A stretch of DNA of 64,000 bases, from contig MU061334.1 of assembly GCA_013265495.1 (NCBI GenBank), forward strand, positions 745,557 to 809,556. Direction: 5' to 3'. The notes beneath the pieces were generated by a model. It was not told where the DNA came from, did not search any database, and was given only the letters and a program-made list of their open reading frames with translations. Shown piece after piece: positions 1 through 13,200 of this stretch. A program made the position numbers and the translations under genes. Each line of letters begins with the position of its first letter. The first letter of the stretch is position 1. Source of the DNA: Vicugna vicugna. Lineage: Eukaryota.

Positions 1-682
1 CCACACTGTTACCCATGCTATATATACAAGTGACTCTAAAACTGGACAGATTTTCAGAGTGTTCCCACTGTGTAGGCCGGAAAACCGAGGTCTCGAGGAG
101 CCTCGTTCTGTAGTCTTGGGCGTCTTTCTCATCTTCATTAATTTAAGGATTGTTCAGAAGAAGGCCCTATTATTGTTTTCTGTTTTTAAGGAACTTTTTC
201 TTTTTCTTGGCAGCAGATCTTTCCACGCATTACTGCTCATAGATTAGTTGAGAACTGGCACTTGATGCTAGAGTTCAGTCCTGGAGACTCGGTGCTGATA
301 GAGGAACATTTGCACGTGCCATTTGCCTGCCTTTAGTTCCTTTTCATTTTGAGACTTTAATTGCTAGTGGGTCTCAGAAGACTGACTTCGACCAATCAGT
401 TTTTACTCACATCCCAGGAGGCCTGTACCTCGGTGAGCTCATCCAGACAGGCTTTCACTAGGCCCATTACCAAACTTGACATTCCTGCTGTCCAGACTGG
501 CTCTAAAATAACCTGTAATTCAGCCTTCGAGGGACTCGGCAGGGATGTGTGGCAACATACTTCGCATACTGTTTAGCCTGGAGTGTGTGCTTCTGCCAGG
601 ACTTCACCAGAAAGGAGCTGCCTTGCTGGACACAGTGGGACGTGTGTGACCTCATTACAGGGCAAGGGTAGAGAGTGTCAGC

Positions 683-812
683 ACTCCCATTTTCTAGCTG
701 TGTGACTCCAGACAAATGCCTTGACCTCTCTGGGCTTCAATTTGCTCATTTGTAAACATGATATTATCATTACCTTCTTCACAGATTACTGTGAGGATTA
801 ATTTTAAAACTC
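683..812 (+). repeat. MIR SINE
   Basis: ctagctgtgtgact...ttgacctctctgggcttcaatttgctcatttgtaaa is the MIR core. Confidence 0.7.
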
Positions 813-2040
813 TTTTTGTAGTTTCTGGCCCATAATGCACATCCATTTGTCGTTAACCACAGCCACTGCCACTTCTGTTTCAAATATTGTGCCAAGCCCA
901 AAGAAGAATGCAGCTTATTTTCTCATAGTAATTGAACTAACTTGAAGGAGCCTGTCTGAGTTTGGTGACCACGTTGTCTCAGAGAGGAAGTCTGAAATCT
1001 GGTTTCTCTACTGCTGACTCACCTTGTAATCTTCGAGGTGGCCTTACCTGTTTCCCTGTCTGTATGTGAACTTTATTACTTACGTGTGAGCAACTTTTCC
1101 CTTTTAAAAGGAGACTGTCAGGTCAGGAGCAGTGAGTAAAATTACTAGGTGGTGAGTAAAATCATCGTTTCTATTAAACATTGTCCATATTAAATGGGGT
1201 CAGGGATGCAGTCCAGAGCATGGCAAACAGTAGGGGGATATTTATGAAATGAATCAACCTTGGCCCTTGAGACAGAACTGAAGACAGCAAAACACGTGAG
1301 CTGGTTACAGTTTGGCTTTTGTGTTTCAAGTGAAGAAGAAACCATGGCACTACCCTTCCCCTTTTATTCACTCTTCCTAGCTTAGTCCTGACTGTCCTTT
1401 GGCTAACCCTTGCCTTGGAGCAGGTTTCTAAAATTTATTCATCAGGCAAGGGTTTAACAGTGACAATTTCAGCACTGAAGTTGGAAGACTTTTAAAGATC
1501 AGTTTTCCCTGCCCAGATATCCTTGAATTCAGAGATGTCTTGGCAGCTGAATCAGACCTTGTCAAATGTTTCTTTCCCCTTTTCCTTTCCTAAGCTTCTC
1601 CTCTGGCTGGTCTCACTGCACCAGGGACTGTCTCCCTGCTTGATTCACTGGGTGCCGACAGTGTGCAGGGCGCTGTGCTAGGGGTGCCCACTCCACGGTC
1701 TTGTCCAATTGCACAGCATGGGCTGCTCTGCATGAATCACTGCCCTGAGACTAGGAGAGCCCTCTCCCTGGCCATTGGCTGGCCATTTGGGGAATTGCTT
1801 GGCTTGTTACTGTTTTCCCTCCTACAGAAGACCTAATAAGGTTTACTGGCTCTGGCTGCATTCTGAATTTGTTTTCCTTTTTGTCCCCTTGGAAACGTCT
1901 TCTGTTCTGCTCTGTGAATGATCATGCTCCATTTCCTCTTGTTTGATACCCAGGTGGAACACTCATTGGTGAGGAAGTGGTTTCTCATCTAGCAGGGAAT
2001 CATAGATGCTGAGATGTGGGAGGGATGTTGTCATTTGATA

Positions 2041-2230
2041 GACTGGTTTTCAAACTTTGTTCCATGGAACTATGGGTTGTCTGAAGGGCCCCTGGTGAGG
2101 AGGGGAGAAGTGGGCATAGGGGAATGAGTCAGAGTCTGGGTCCCAATCTGTACTTCAACCAGAGCAGTTCCACTTATATTTTAAACTAATTTAAGTTTAT
2201 ATTAGAGGGTGGTGGCTTGAAAAGCCATTG
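2041..2230. mobile_element. hAT-Charlie MITE remnant (Charlie4z-like)
   Basis: tggttttcaaactttgttcc...cttcaaccagagcagttcc...tgaaaagccattg with degenerate terminal inverted repeats. Confidence 0.45.
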
Positions 2231-4883
2231 AATTCTCTTGTTCGACAATTGGAGAAAATACGGCCCAGAGATGGGGGGGATTTTCCCAGGGTCACACAGC
2301 TGTTGGTAGCAAAGCCGGATTTCCTGGCAGCCATCTTGGCATTAGACTGGCCTTGCCATGTTTGTTGAAAGTTAACCGGAGAGCCTTATGTTCTCAGTTT
2401 GCCCAGCCATTGCTGTCTGGCAGTCATCAAGGAGTCCTATTGTTTTGATCTGTTACGGGCCCTTGGTTTTCTAGCTTCTCTGGGAACCTGTCTTTTCATT
2501 TGGCCAGTGGACATTTGGTGAACTCTCAGAATGCGCCAGGCATTGTGCCAGTCACTGGGTTGACAGTGTTAAACAGGACAGATCCGTCACCCTTGGAATT
2601 ATTTTGTGCCCCCTTAAGTCAGTCCTTCCCACCTAGAAGCATCCACTGATCGGACTTCTGCCACCATTGGTTAATTTTGCCTCTTCTTATTCTGGAATTT
2701 CATATTTACCATGTTGATGTTTACATTTCTTAGTGTCTTTTCATTCTCTTGTTGTCCCCCGTCAGTGGTGAATTCCCCATTTCTTAAAGAGAAAGTTGAA
2801 TTGTAGAGATGAAGTAAACTAATCTTAGCTCAGTACTTTTTAATTATTATTAGCAATCTTGAGACCTTAGAGAAAAGTTAACATATATTCAATATTTTCT
2901 TATTTCTTATAGATTTAAATTCATTTTTAAGCTTAAAACATGAAAGGGTATTTTAAATCTCCTGTTCATAAAATTACATTTAGATTTGTGAGGATTGAAA
3001 ATTTTGAAGTGTTGAGAACTGTGTTTTTCTTAAACCTAACTCTAACTCCAGTGGCTTAAATCCAAAGTCTTTAGCTGGGAAAATTTTTATGGGTTTTTTC
3101 CCTTTCCTTTTTTTCCTAGGACCTCATTTTTCCACTCTTAAATTAAATTACAGCTTTGTCCCTGGTCAGTGTATTAGCAATTCTCACCAAAGACTTCTTT
3201 TTAATTCTAGAAAACATAAGAGAAAACTACTCTGTTTCAAGTTTTATTACTCAGTTCCTTTTCTTTATGTCTAGTGGCAGGGGAAACAGCCTTGTCAATA
3301 GGATTTAAAACGAAAAAATAGTGAGATTAATAGGAACTGGCCCTGGGATTGTGGCATCAAAGCCATCTTCCGAGGATGGGTGTGGGGAGGAGGAGCTTGA
3401 GGTGGGGACAGCAGTAGTGGCTCCTCAAAGACAAACCGGTCCTTCCAGTTGTGGCCCTCCTTGAGTTTGGGCTGTGCCATCCCCTGGAGGCATTCCTTGG
3501 CCTGTAAATGCTGAAATTGAGGAATATCCCAGCCCAGGATGCCGTCTCCTTAGCAAAAGTGACTCATCACACTTACCAGAGCAGCTTCTGAAACAAAAAT
3601 TCCCTCCAATTATTGCTTTTTTAAATGCGCCCCGCCACTTCCAAAGATGGAATCCAAACCCTAAGCTTTTTCTTTCCTAAATTGGCTGCTTGCTTTCAGT
3701 TGTGGCTCATGTACATGATCAAGGTCTTGGCCCCTGTGGCCTCCATTAGCAGGGATGCAATGCATGGTGACAGCTGAGCCGGGCCAGGGAAAGCACCAGT
3801 CTTTCCTGTGTCATCTACAAGTCTGAGCTCAAAGTCTGCGTGAACCGTAAGGTTTTTTCCATTCCTGCAGAGAGAACGAAAAATCTCTTGTGCGCTGACA
3901 TCCAAGAGGCAGCTGCGGTGTCAGGACACAAGGAGCTAGCCCCCTCAGTAGATCTGCGGGTGCAGGTGATCTCTCACGGGGAGGTGAGGTTTTTTTAATT
4001 GGTGCTCTGGGGTGGCTTTGCAAAGCGTTTTCACTTCTCCCCATGCCCCCTTCCTCCTCTACTTTAATTTCCTGTGTATGAAACAGCTTCAGAGGGAAAC
4101 GATTTCTGCATCACCAGTCCCATTGGGCCCTCTGCAGAGGGATATGCGAAATAGATACTGCGGAGGAAAGAGGCCGCCAGCCTCAGCCGGCACACAGGAT
4201 GGCAGTTTAAGTTTGTGAGTAGTTCTGTGTAAGGAAGTTCTGTGTAAGTAGACCTGTGTAAGGAAGAGTGTCATCAAAAGCTTCGGCTGTAGGGACATCA
4301 CCCTCTGTGGTGGCTTCACTAGCTGACTCTGCAGCTCTGTTGCTTTTTTTAATTCTTCAAAGAGAAGCTTTCCCACCCTTTCCTCTACCTGGGTGGTTGC
4401 ATCCAACACAGACCTGTCAGGTTGTGTCCTGGAAATTCAGGGCCCTGGGATGTGGTGGTGTGCCTGCGGATAAGGAGAAAGCACCTGTCAGCGTCCTCTT
4501 CCAGAGAAGGAAGAATTTCTGGGCCGCACCGAAGTTAGACATCTAAGGTAGTTTTGCTTTGTTCATTTTGATTTCCTTGTAGATTTAACAGTGAAGGGGT
4601 TTGTACATTACTTTCTGTGATTCTTTTGGCCTGTGATTTTTAGCTCCTCTTGCCTTCATTGATCCCTCTTCTTTGACTGAACTTAACCTTGGGAAGCAGG
4701 GCACTCTACTATGGGTACCTCTGCGATTATGCTCTCAGGACTGACTTCTGAAGCCATACCGCCCTTTGTTGTGTGACATGCCAGTATCTTCTTTACCTGC
4801 TCATTCTCACAGCTCCAGAAAGAACTTCTAAGTTGGTGAGGTTTCTCTGAGAAAATTGCTTTCTGTGTGCTCAAAAGGAAATT

Positions 4884-5035
4884 TTAAAAAAAAGTTTGAT
4901 GGGGGAGGTAATTAGGTTTATTTATTATTGTTGTTGTTGTTGTTGTTATGATTATTATTATTATTAATGGAGGCATTGGGGAAAGAACCCAGGACCTCGT
5001 GCATCCACTCTACCACTGAGCTATACCCTACCCCC
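4884..5035 (-). mobile_element. tRNA-Ala-derived SINE (camelid Vic-1-like) with tail and (AAC/AAT)n microsatellite
   Basis: Reverse complement gggggtagggtatagctcagtggtagag...gggttc with A/B boxes; flanking 12-bp direct repeat caaaaggaaatt at 4872-83 and 5038-49. Confidence 0.8.
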
Positions 5036-5989
5036 TACAAAAGGAAATTATTTTTAATGTACGTAAACTCCTATAAGAAACAAATGCTTAAATTGTTACC
5101 TAACAAAGCTGTCAGAGAGCAGGCTGAGACTCCCTGGGATTTTCAGCGGCTACATTTTATTTCTTTCAACAAATACTGACTGGACACTGGCCATGTGCAG
5201 AGGACAGATGCAGCCGTGGACCAGACCGACGTGGGTCCTCCATTTGTGGATTGGTCAACAGCCCTGACTCCTGCTGCCAGGACCGGCAGTTGGAGCCCCT
5301 GCTGCAGCACTGGCTTCTTCGGACGCAGCAGTCCCTTATGTTCTTCCCTGCAGCTCCCTTAAAAAAGCGCTGTCATCCTTTTTCAACCTGGCAAAGCAAA
5401 AGGAATGTGGAATTGTGCCTTCTTCTTTATACTTTTGTCAGCGAAGCCTTTATTCCTTTATCCTAAGAGGATCCACAAAGGCTTTAAGGCAGCCCTGAGA
5501 CAGTATGCATTGGTCTCCCGTTGATGACTGGAACAAAATCTATGGGCGTGTCCGTTGGGGAACAGCCCTAATGCCATCCTGTCTTAAATACAAGCTTAAC
5601 CGGAAAAATACAGTTGGGCTGGAGGGGAGCTATGTTGGCTTTGTTTCCAGAGACATTTGAAATGATCCTCGACTCCTCACATCTGTCCTACCAGTAACTT
5701 TTGTCTCACCCCCATGTAGTTATGAATTGAAAGAAGATGTTAATAGTTTACATGCTTGAGTCTCTTCCATAGAGGCAACAGAGGGACAAAGTGAGTTTTC
5801 TCCATCCAAATGTTTGTAGTGTGGGTTGTGTGGTTTTCTGGACCAATTGAAACCTCAGGTAGGACTGGAAGGTTGCACTTGAGAGTCTCATGGGTTTTTG
5901 GACTGAGTCCTTAGTCCACTTGTCAGGGTTCTGTCCTTCCTCTCAGATGGGGGAAGCAGAATTCCCTCATCAGTAAAGCACAGGTGCTG

Positions 5990-6150
5990 AGCTCAGACCT
6001 GAAATGGTCTCTCAGTCCAGCCACTTACAGGCTATGTGACCTTGGGCAAGTTACCTAACATCTCTGGGCCTCGGTTTCCTTACCTATAAAATTGGTAAGA
6101 TTAAATGAGATAATATGTAAAGCCCCTGGCTTTACTAGGGGTTCAGTACA
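5990..6150 (+). repeat. MIR SINE
   Basis: gctatgtgaccttgggcaagttacctaacatctctgggcctcggtttcct. Confidence 0.8.
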
Positions 6151-6764
6151 TGGTAGCTTCTTAATCCATGTTACAACAGCTCCAGAAGCCTCTGCCAGGC
6201 ACCCAGTGTACGTGGCTCCTGTGTAGTAGCTTTTTATCTCTCATCTGTTGAGTAAGAACGATTGAAATTACATAGTAAATGGTCAGCAAATTGTTGAATG
6301 AATGAGGGGGCCTTGGTACCTTCTTTGCCCTGTTGCCTTAGACAAGCAGTTTACACTGTGAGTTTTACACTAGGAGAAGTCCTGAAAGGTACTTTGAGAA
6401 AACTGGCCAGTTAGATTTGGGGAGTGCTGCAGGGTCTGCCGTGTGCAGATTCTAGCCCTCTCTAGAGATGAGTGATGCTTGTCACTGCTAGAGAAGCTTA
6501 GAAAAGTTGGGGAGAGAAGAAATCTCCCTAGCTTTTTAAACTCAGCGTTTTTCAAGCTCTTTTGACTGTGTAGACAATGATAGTACCTCCGTTATCTCCG
6601 TGAGGCTGTGATGAGGCTTTAATGAGTTAACGTGTGCAAAGCACTTAGTGCTAGGCAGAGTGAGCACCACGAAGGGGCTGCTGCAACCATGGTTCAGTGC
6701 TTCTTTTTTTGTTTTTCTTTTGCCATCATTTTGTAGTAACTTTATCTATTTATGGTTTTATTAT

Positions 6765-6835
6765 TTATTTATTTATTTATTAAATTGAAGTATAGTTAGC
6801 TACAATGTGTCAATTTCTGGTGTACAGCATAATGG
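6765..6835 (-). mobile_element. Short L1 3'-end fragment with (TTTA)n tail
   Basis: (ttta)n followed by ttgaagtatagttagctacaatgtgtcaatttctggtgtacagcataatg, resembling a laurasiatherian L1 3' terminus. Confidence 0.6.
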
Positions 6836-7240
6836 CTCAGTGCTTTTTAATCTGTGGACTCTCCCAAAGTATTGAGCCATTCCCTTATTGATGGCATTTA
6901 AGTTATTTCCAGTGGTGCATCGTTGTGGACAGTGCTCTAGGTATAAAACCCTTATATCCTGTGCAGGTATTTCTGTGGGAGAGATTCCTAGAAATAAAAT
7001 TGCTGGATCAGAGAATATGTACATTCAAAAATTTAAAAGATTCTTTGGAATTACCCTCCAAAATCCCATCAGCCATTAAATTGTAGTTCATTTCTCCAGT
7101 AAAGAGAAGAGAAGCTGTCTCCGCTCACCAGGTGTGCGCTGGAGCCCTCTCTCCTCTACTGAAGTGAAAAGGAATGGAACGCAAGAGTGAGTCACCGTCT
7201 CTTTTGTCTTGCAGAGTCTGGCCACAGATAAGGGACCAAG

Positions 7241-7277
7241 ATGACGGACTCAAAATATTTCACCACGACCAAGAAAG
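7241..7277 (+). CDS. AP1B1: AP1B1 coding exon 1 (exon starts 7215; 26-nt 5'UTR part)
   Basis: ttgcag|agtctg acceptor; ATG at 7241, [12 protein letters not shown]; g|gtactg donor. Not in ORF track. Confidence 0.95.
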
Positions 7278-10200
7278 GTACTGTTTGTTTCATTGTGGGG
7301 TCTTATCCTCCTCTTTCCCTGCTTGCCCTTCTGCTTGCTCCCTGCTGGAGTGGGGAGTTGAGGGGTGGGTGGAGCCTGGAAGCCAGTGATAGGAATCACC
7401 CAGAGCATTTTTAACCTTGTGGATGCAGAAAATTGAACTGCTGATGGAGTAAGAAATTGACCACTTCTTCTAGAACTTCAGAAGGGAGGAATGTTAGCTC
7501 AAGTATAGAAAAAAAGCTCTCTTTTGTTCTCCATGGCTTTAAATTGTTAAAAATGATGGTCTCCCCTCGCCAGGAAAGAAAGTACACATTCTGTCAGCAG
7601 TCCCACAATGGTATCTGTGTGTGTCCAGTCCTTGTCCTTGGGCACATGTTTTACTTAGTTGAAGTCAGAGTGTATATCCTGTTTTTCATTTGACATTATC
7701 TTAAATGTTTCCCTCCAGTTCTGAAGACTCAATCTGTTGAGTTGCAGTATTGAAATTTGCTAAGCTAGTCATGTATTGTTGGGTATTGTGATTTTTTTCC
7801 TGCTTTTCGGGAATGGTGTTGTAGAGGCTGACAAATGTGCTTTAATCCTGGAAGCATCTTTCTGACTGGCCCTTCCTTCCTCCCTGTCTTCCTTCCTCCC
7901 TCCTTCCCTCCAAGTGAGATTGACACACGCCTACTGACCAGATGAGGAGAGTGTGTTGCTGAAACAGCTGAACCAGGATCTGCAGTCCCCTCATCAGGCA
8001 TTTCATTTATCAGTCCAGCCAGTTTTTCAGAGTATCCTCCATGTGCAGTAGAGGAGACAAACGGAGTCTCTGAGCTGGCTTTGCTTGCTGTTGAGCAGAG
8101 AAGACAGTTTATTAAGTAGTAATCACTCTAACTGGCAGTGGGTGCTATGATAAGGGAGGGGTCCGTGGGAGGCCTGGGTGGAGCTGGCCTGATAAAGATG
8201 GGGAGGGGAGGGGAGGGAAAGGGAGGGGACCGCGTCCTCGGCCCCTGGTCCTCCAGACGGAAAGCCGTTGGGCACAAATTACTAAAGAATGTGATCGAAG
8301 GAAGGTTGGAGAGAGGTGAAGTTAGCACTGAGTGTATTTGGGTGTCAGTAGTGGGGTTTTGGTGCGTTTTCTGAGGAAGATGTCTAGAGAAATGTCTGGG
8401 ACCAAATCTGACAGTGGTTTTAGGCAAGGAAAAGTCAGGCAGATTTTAATCAAGGATCGAAGTGGGTGAGGCTGGGGGCAGGCAGGGAGGCCAGAACTAC
8501 AGCTCACATGAGAGATGATGGTACCTGAGCTAGGGAGGAAGGTGGGGGGTGTTGGGGATAGAATTGGATGCCTCATATGTGACTGAGGAGATAGGCTTGG
8601 TGACTGATTCTATTTGGGGCCCATTATAGGAATGGTACTTCAGAAGCAGGTTCACCCCAGCCTTGGGGCCAAGGTGACTCAGGCTTAGATCCATCAGTTG
8701 ACTGCCAGTTGTCCTGAATCTGGCTAAAGACCTCAAGCAAGGCAGGGGCAGCCTGGCAACAGGGCCCAGGGTCAGTCATGTGGTCTATTGGATCCCATAG
8801 CAGGAACACAAGCCCCCTCAATCTCTTGTAAGAGAAGGACATGTGTTCCTTCAGCTCTGCAGAGCCATGGATTTGAACTGCAAGGTCTGCAGATTCCTCC
8901 TGGCTCTGTTGAGCAATATCCTCAGTGTGGCCGGGCTGTGCTGCATGATTGTTCTTAATTAACCTGTTTACTGTCTCTCATCTTAAGTTCTTTGCTGAAC
9001 ATCATGTTGTTCAGTCAAAAAACAAAAAAACCCAAAAAACGACCTGTTTTCTTTTTCTCACTGCAAATCCATCTAGAACTTCGCCTAGCACTGCCCCCAC
9101 ATGGTAGTTACTGTCTCACCCTCACCCCAACTAACTTGAGGGGAAAGCCTGGGTCTTTCCTACAAAAGAAGAATCCAAGCCAAAGGGTCATGTGGCAAAT
9201 TAATAATAACAGCAGCCACCTCTAACGCAGGCCACTGAGCACCAGGCACCGAGCTGAGCGTTTCACGTCTGTTACATGAGAAAATTCAGTGCCCCAGCCA
9301 AGGTAGCATCCAGATGAGGAAATAGGTTCAGAGAAGCAGAGTGAATGTCAGTCAGATCAGCCAGAGCACGTGGGCTTTGGAGCTCATGGACCTGGTGTTG
9401 AATCTTGGCTTACCTCCTTGGAGCTGTGTCCCTAGACAAGTTCCCAAACCTTGTAGCCTCCATTTGCTCATCTGCAAAATGGGCCGAAGTGTAGAGTTGT
9501 TGTGAGGATGAAATAAGAAAAGGCGTGGGAAGATGTCAGTGAGGCACTGGCTTAGAGAAAGGCTCAGAAAAGGCTAGCTGTGGCTGTTTTGAAGGTGGGA
9601 GGCCTGTCTGACTCCAGTCTACACTCTTCGCCTGTTATTGGGCTTATCAGGGTTCTGACTCCTTCTCCCTGGCTGGGCCCTGAACAGCTCCACTTCCTCA
9701 TTTACTTTTTCCAGATCATCAAGTTCTTAAGAATAGTTCAGTAAGTGCTAGAGCCCTCATGACACAGCTGAATTCCCATTTTCAGAGCTGAGCAACTACT
9801 TGTAGCTCAGGAAGTGAAACCCTGAGTGAGCTCTTTTAACTGGAGGGTCTAGGAAAACAGGAAGAGCCTATGTATGGGAATTGAGCAAATCCTGCCCTTT
9901 CCCCTCAAACCTTAAGTCCCCAGGTTCCATCCCATGCTGCCTTGAGAGCCTTGGGTGAGGGTGGCCAAGGAGAACTTTGCTTCCCTCTGTATGTTTTAGC
10001 CGTCCGGCGGAGCAGGAACTGTCTGCATGTTTTTTGTTTCCCTCAGAACCTTGTAGCTTCCATGGTTCCTCTCCCCTCAATCCAGCGTGACCTCCAAGCT
10101 TCCATCCTGATAATTCCTCCCCTAACAGTTGTTCCCCTCTGCTGCCTGTTCCCGCAAGGTGAGGGCCCTAAAGATGCCCTCAGCAGGCAGCACGGAATGT

Positions 10201-13200
10201 CTTCCCTGCCTCCCTCCCATTCTTTTGAAAGTTAGGGACTGAGACTCGCCCCCTGGCAGGGCAGAGATTCATCACTCATGCTGCCCCCCTTTTTAGGGGA
10301 GATCTTCGAGCTGAAGGCAGAGCTGAACAGTGACAAGAAGGAGAAGAAGAAGGAGGCGGTGAAGAAAGTGATCGCATCAATGACCGTGGGCAAGGACGTC
10401 AGGTGTGCAGGAGGCTGGGTGGCAGCTGGAAGCGGCTTTATAGCTTGGGTCCAGGTCAGAATTCTCCTTTAAGGTATCCCTAGGGACCCGTGTCTCCCCT
10501 TGTATGGCTCCCTTCACAAACCTGCCTTCCAAACGGAAGGTTTTGTTTGCAGAGGGGTCACGCGCTCAGATGCTGAAGGGGTCAGGCAGTAATGGAGCAA
10601 GTGAAGTGGACTGGGTCAAAAAGGCAACAGGCAGTGAAGGAGATGCAGCATGAATGGATCAGAAACTGCGGAGGGTGCTGCCCACAGGGGAGAATGACCC
10701 AGTGGCGCCAGGCCTTTTGGTTTTTAAAAAGAACAGGGAATCTGGATTTTTTTCATTTTAATCCTCCCTGTTTTAGATTGTCAGATGATACTAAACAAAC
10801 ACTGTGCAGGTAAAACACACCTGCAGGCTGGGTGTGTTGAATTTGTCATCAGCTTGCAGTCTCTGGTTTGCATCTGTTGCAGAGCGGATCACGTGCAGAA
10901 TTGTGGCCACTGGTTTTTGCTCATGCATCTCCCCGGCCTGGAATATCCCTTCCCGTTTTCCACATGCCCGGTTGCCTCCCTCATCACTCCAGCACACTGC
11001 CCTGAACACGCAGCATTTACACTTATTCTAAATGGTCCTCTTCTTATGTGTACTTATGCTCACCTGCCCACCACACTATCAAGTCCCCAAGGGCAGGGCT
11101 GGATTTTGTAACAACTTAACACTCGCACAGTGTTTGAGAGTTGGTAGAACGCTTTTAGCTATGTTTTCCTGGCAGTTCCTTATCATTCCCATACTGTAGG
11201 TAAGGATGTTTTTCCTGCCAAAGAAACCAGAAATGATGACTGCCCAGTGGTCACATGGTTCTTGGCAGAACCCGGACTCTATTCAGCCCTTCCGAAACCC
11301 AGACCCAGGGTGCTTCTTCACGTGCCCTCTCGTCTATGCCCAGTCATGTGCCTTGTAGGCCTGGGTGCTGATGTGGGGCCGCTCCCCTTCCGGGTCCCTT
11401 GGCAGGACTCCACTGCTCCAGACCTCTCCATGGACTGCCATAACCCATTGTCATGCTCAGCAAGGGACATTCTGACAGCACCACAGGAGAAACAGTTCTG
11501 CAAAGAAACGTGCTGAGAACAGAGCGGCAATTGAGAGGGAAGGTGATAATTCCAGAGACGGAAATTTGATCACTAACCATATATCACATCTCGAGGGGCC
11601 TGTGACTCTGGGACTGTGGGGTACCATGTTGGTTCTACCCAGGATAACAGCTGTCCTGAGCACAGGCTTTGGACTCAGACGTGGCACTTAGGCAGGTTAT
11701 TTGATGTTTGTGATCCTCAGCATTGTCTTCTGTGAATGGGGGATAATCCCCTGGCTTTTCAGGGCTGTTAAATGAGAACAAGTATGTAAAGCTGTTAGCA
11801 CCAAGCCTGGTGTATAGCAGGTGCTCCGTACATGCTGGGCTGCTTCTCAGCAGACACCTTGTACTGAAAGCAGCACAGCCCCTCCCTGCTTCCCGACAAC
11901 CCTCTGGAACCAGCACCCCAATATAAGTGGCCAGGTCAAGTATCAGAGAAGGAAAAACAATCGTTTTCATTTATGTAGCACCTCCTAGACGTCAAGGAGT
12001 GGATGCCTGAAGTATGTTGTCTCTTTTAATTGCCACAGGGCCCTGTGAGATGGGGCTTTGTTACATCTTCCCTGCAAATGAGGAAACTGGAACTCTATGG
12101 ATAAAGGAGTTTTCCCAATTTCATACAGCCCGCAGGAGGCAGAGCTGGCTTTGAGCCAGCTCTGATGGGCTCTAGAGCTCATGTTTGAACCCTGTGAAAA
12201 AAACAGAAGACTCTTCTGGCTGTTACAATCACCCTTTGGAATTCCATTTCTGCCAGTAGATGTTCATGGTCACAGAGCTGTCGCCCTGCCTTTTACTAGG
12301 AGGTCCTGTAACCTTTCTCCTTCCCTCTTGCCCCCTCCCCACCTCCTAGTCCTCCTCTTTTCTTTGGCCTTCCCCGCACTGACACACTTTGACCTTCCAG
12401 TGCCCTCTTCCCTGACGTGGTGAACTGTATGCAGACAGACAACCTGGAGCTGAAGAAACTGGTGTACCTGTACCTGATGAACTACGCCAAGAGTCAGCCC
12501 GACATGGCCATCATGGCTGTCAACACCTTTGTGAAGGTGAGTAGGACCTTGGTGGGAGGAGGAGTGTGGGTGCCCACTGCTTCATCTCCCCTTGGTCCCC
12601 CAGGGTGGGGCACTGTGGCCCTGAGTAGAAACACAGAGGCTCCTTTCCAGGTCCTCTGACTCCCAGCTTGGGGGCCTCTTCCTCCAGCAGAGGGCTCCCA
12701 CTCTCTCCAGAAAATCAGATGCTATAGACTCTGCTAACTCATTCCATGTGAGGTCGCCCCAGGCCTGTTGATCCCCTGTGCCCTGGGGTGAGCCATTGCT
12801 CTGTGTCCTTGGCCAGTGCAGGATGCAGCTGGCATCTGAGAGCTGCGTTTCCCTTCTAGACTAAGCTCCTTTTTGCATTTTCTTTCCTCCAGATTGAGGA
12901 GAGGCAGGGACTTGCATTGACAGCTCTGTGCACCTTTAGAACCTTAGCTCCCCGAGCCCCATTAATGCTCAGACATGAGGGTTCTGTGGTCCAGTGGAGA
13001 GACTGAGGAGTGTGGTGCTGGGTGGAGTGGCTTGAATCGTGGCTCTGCTGTGACTAGGTGAGCTCCTGACCTTCCTGAGAGCCTCAGCTCCCTCACCTGT
13101 AAATGGGAACGGTGCTGTGTGTCTACTGTGAGGATCAGAGGGAACAGGGCGAAGCCCCAGCACAGTGTCTGGCATATGTGGCACTTAGTTGTGGTGCTGT

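Noticed and set aside
4089-4409. 106-aa - strand ORF with a helical-looking start (LDATTQVEERVGKLLFEELKK) and a 3 x 15-bp tandem repeat at 4221-4264
   Set aside because: I recognise no homologue or splice context, and the ORF runs through a local tandem duplication. A tBLASTn or PhyloCSF hit would reopen it.
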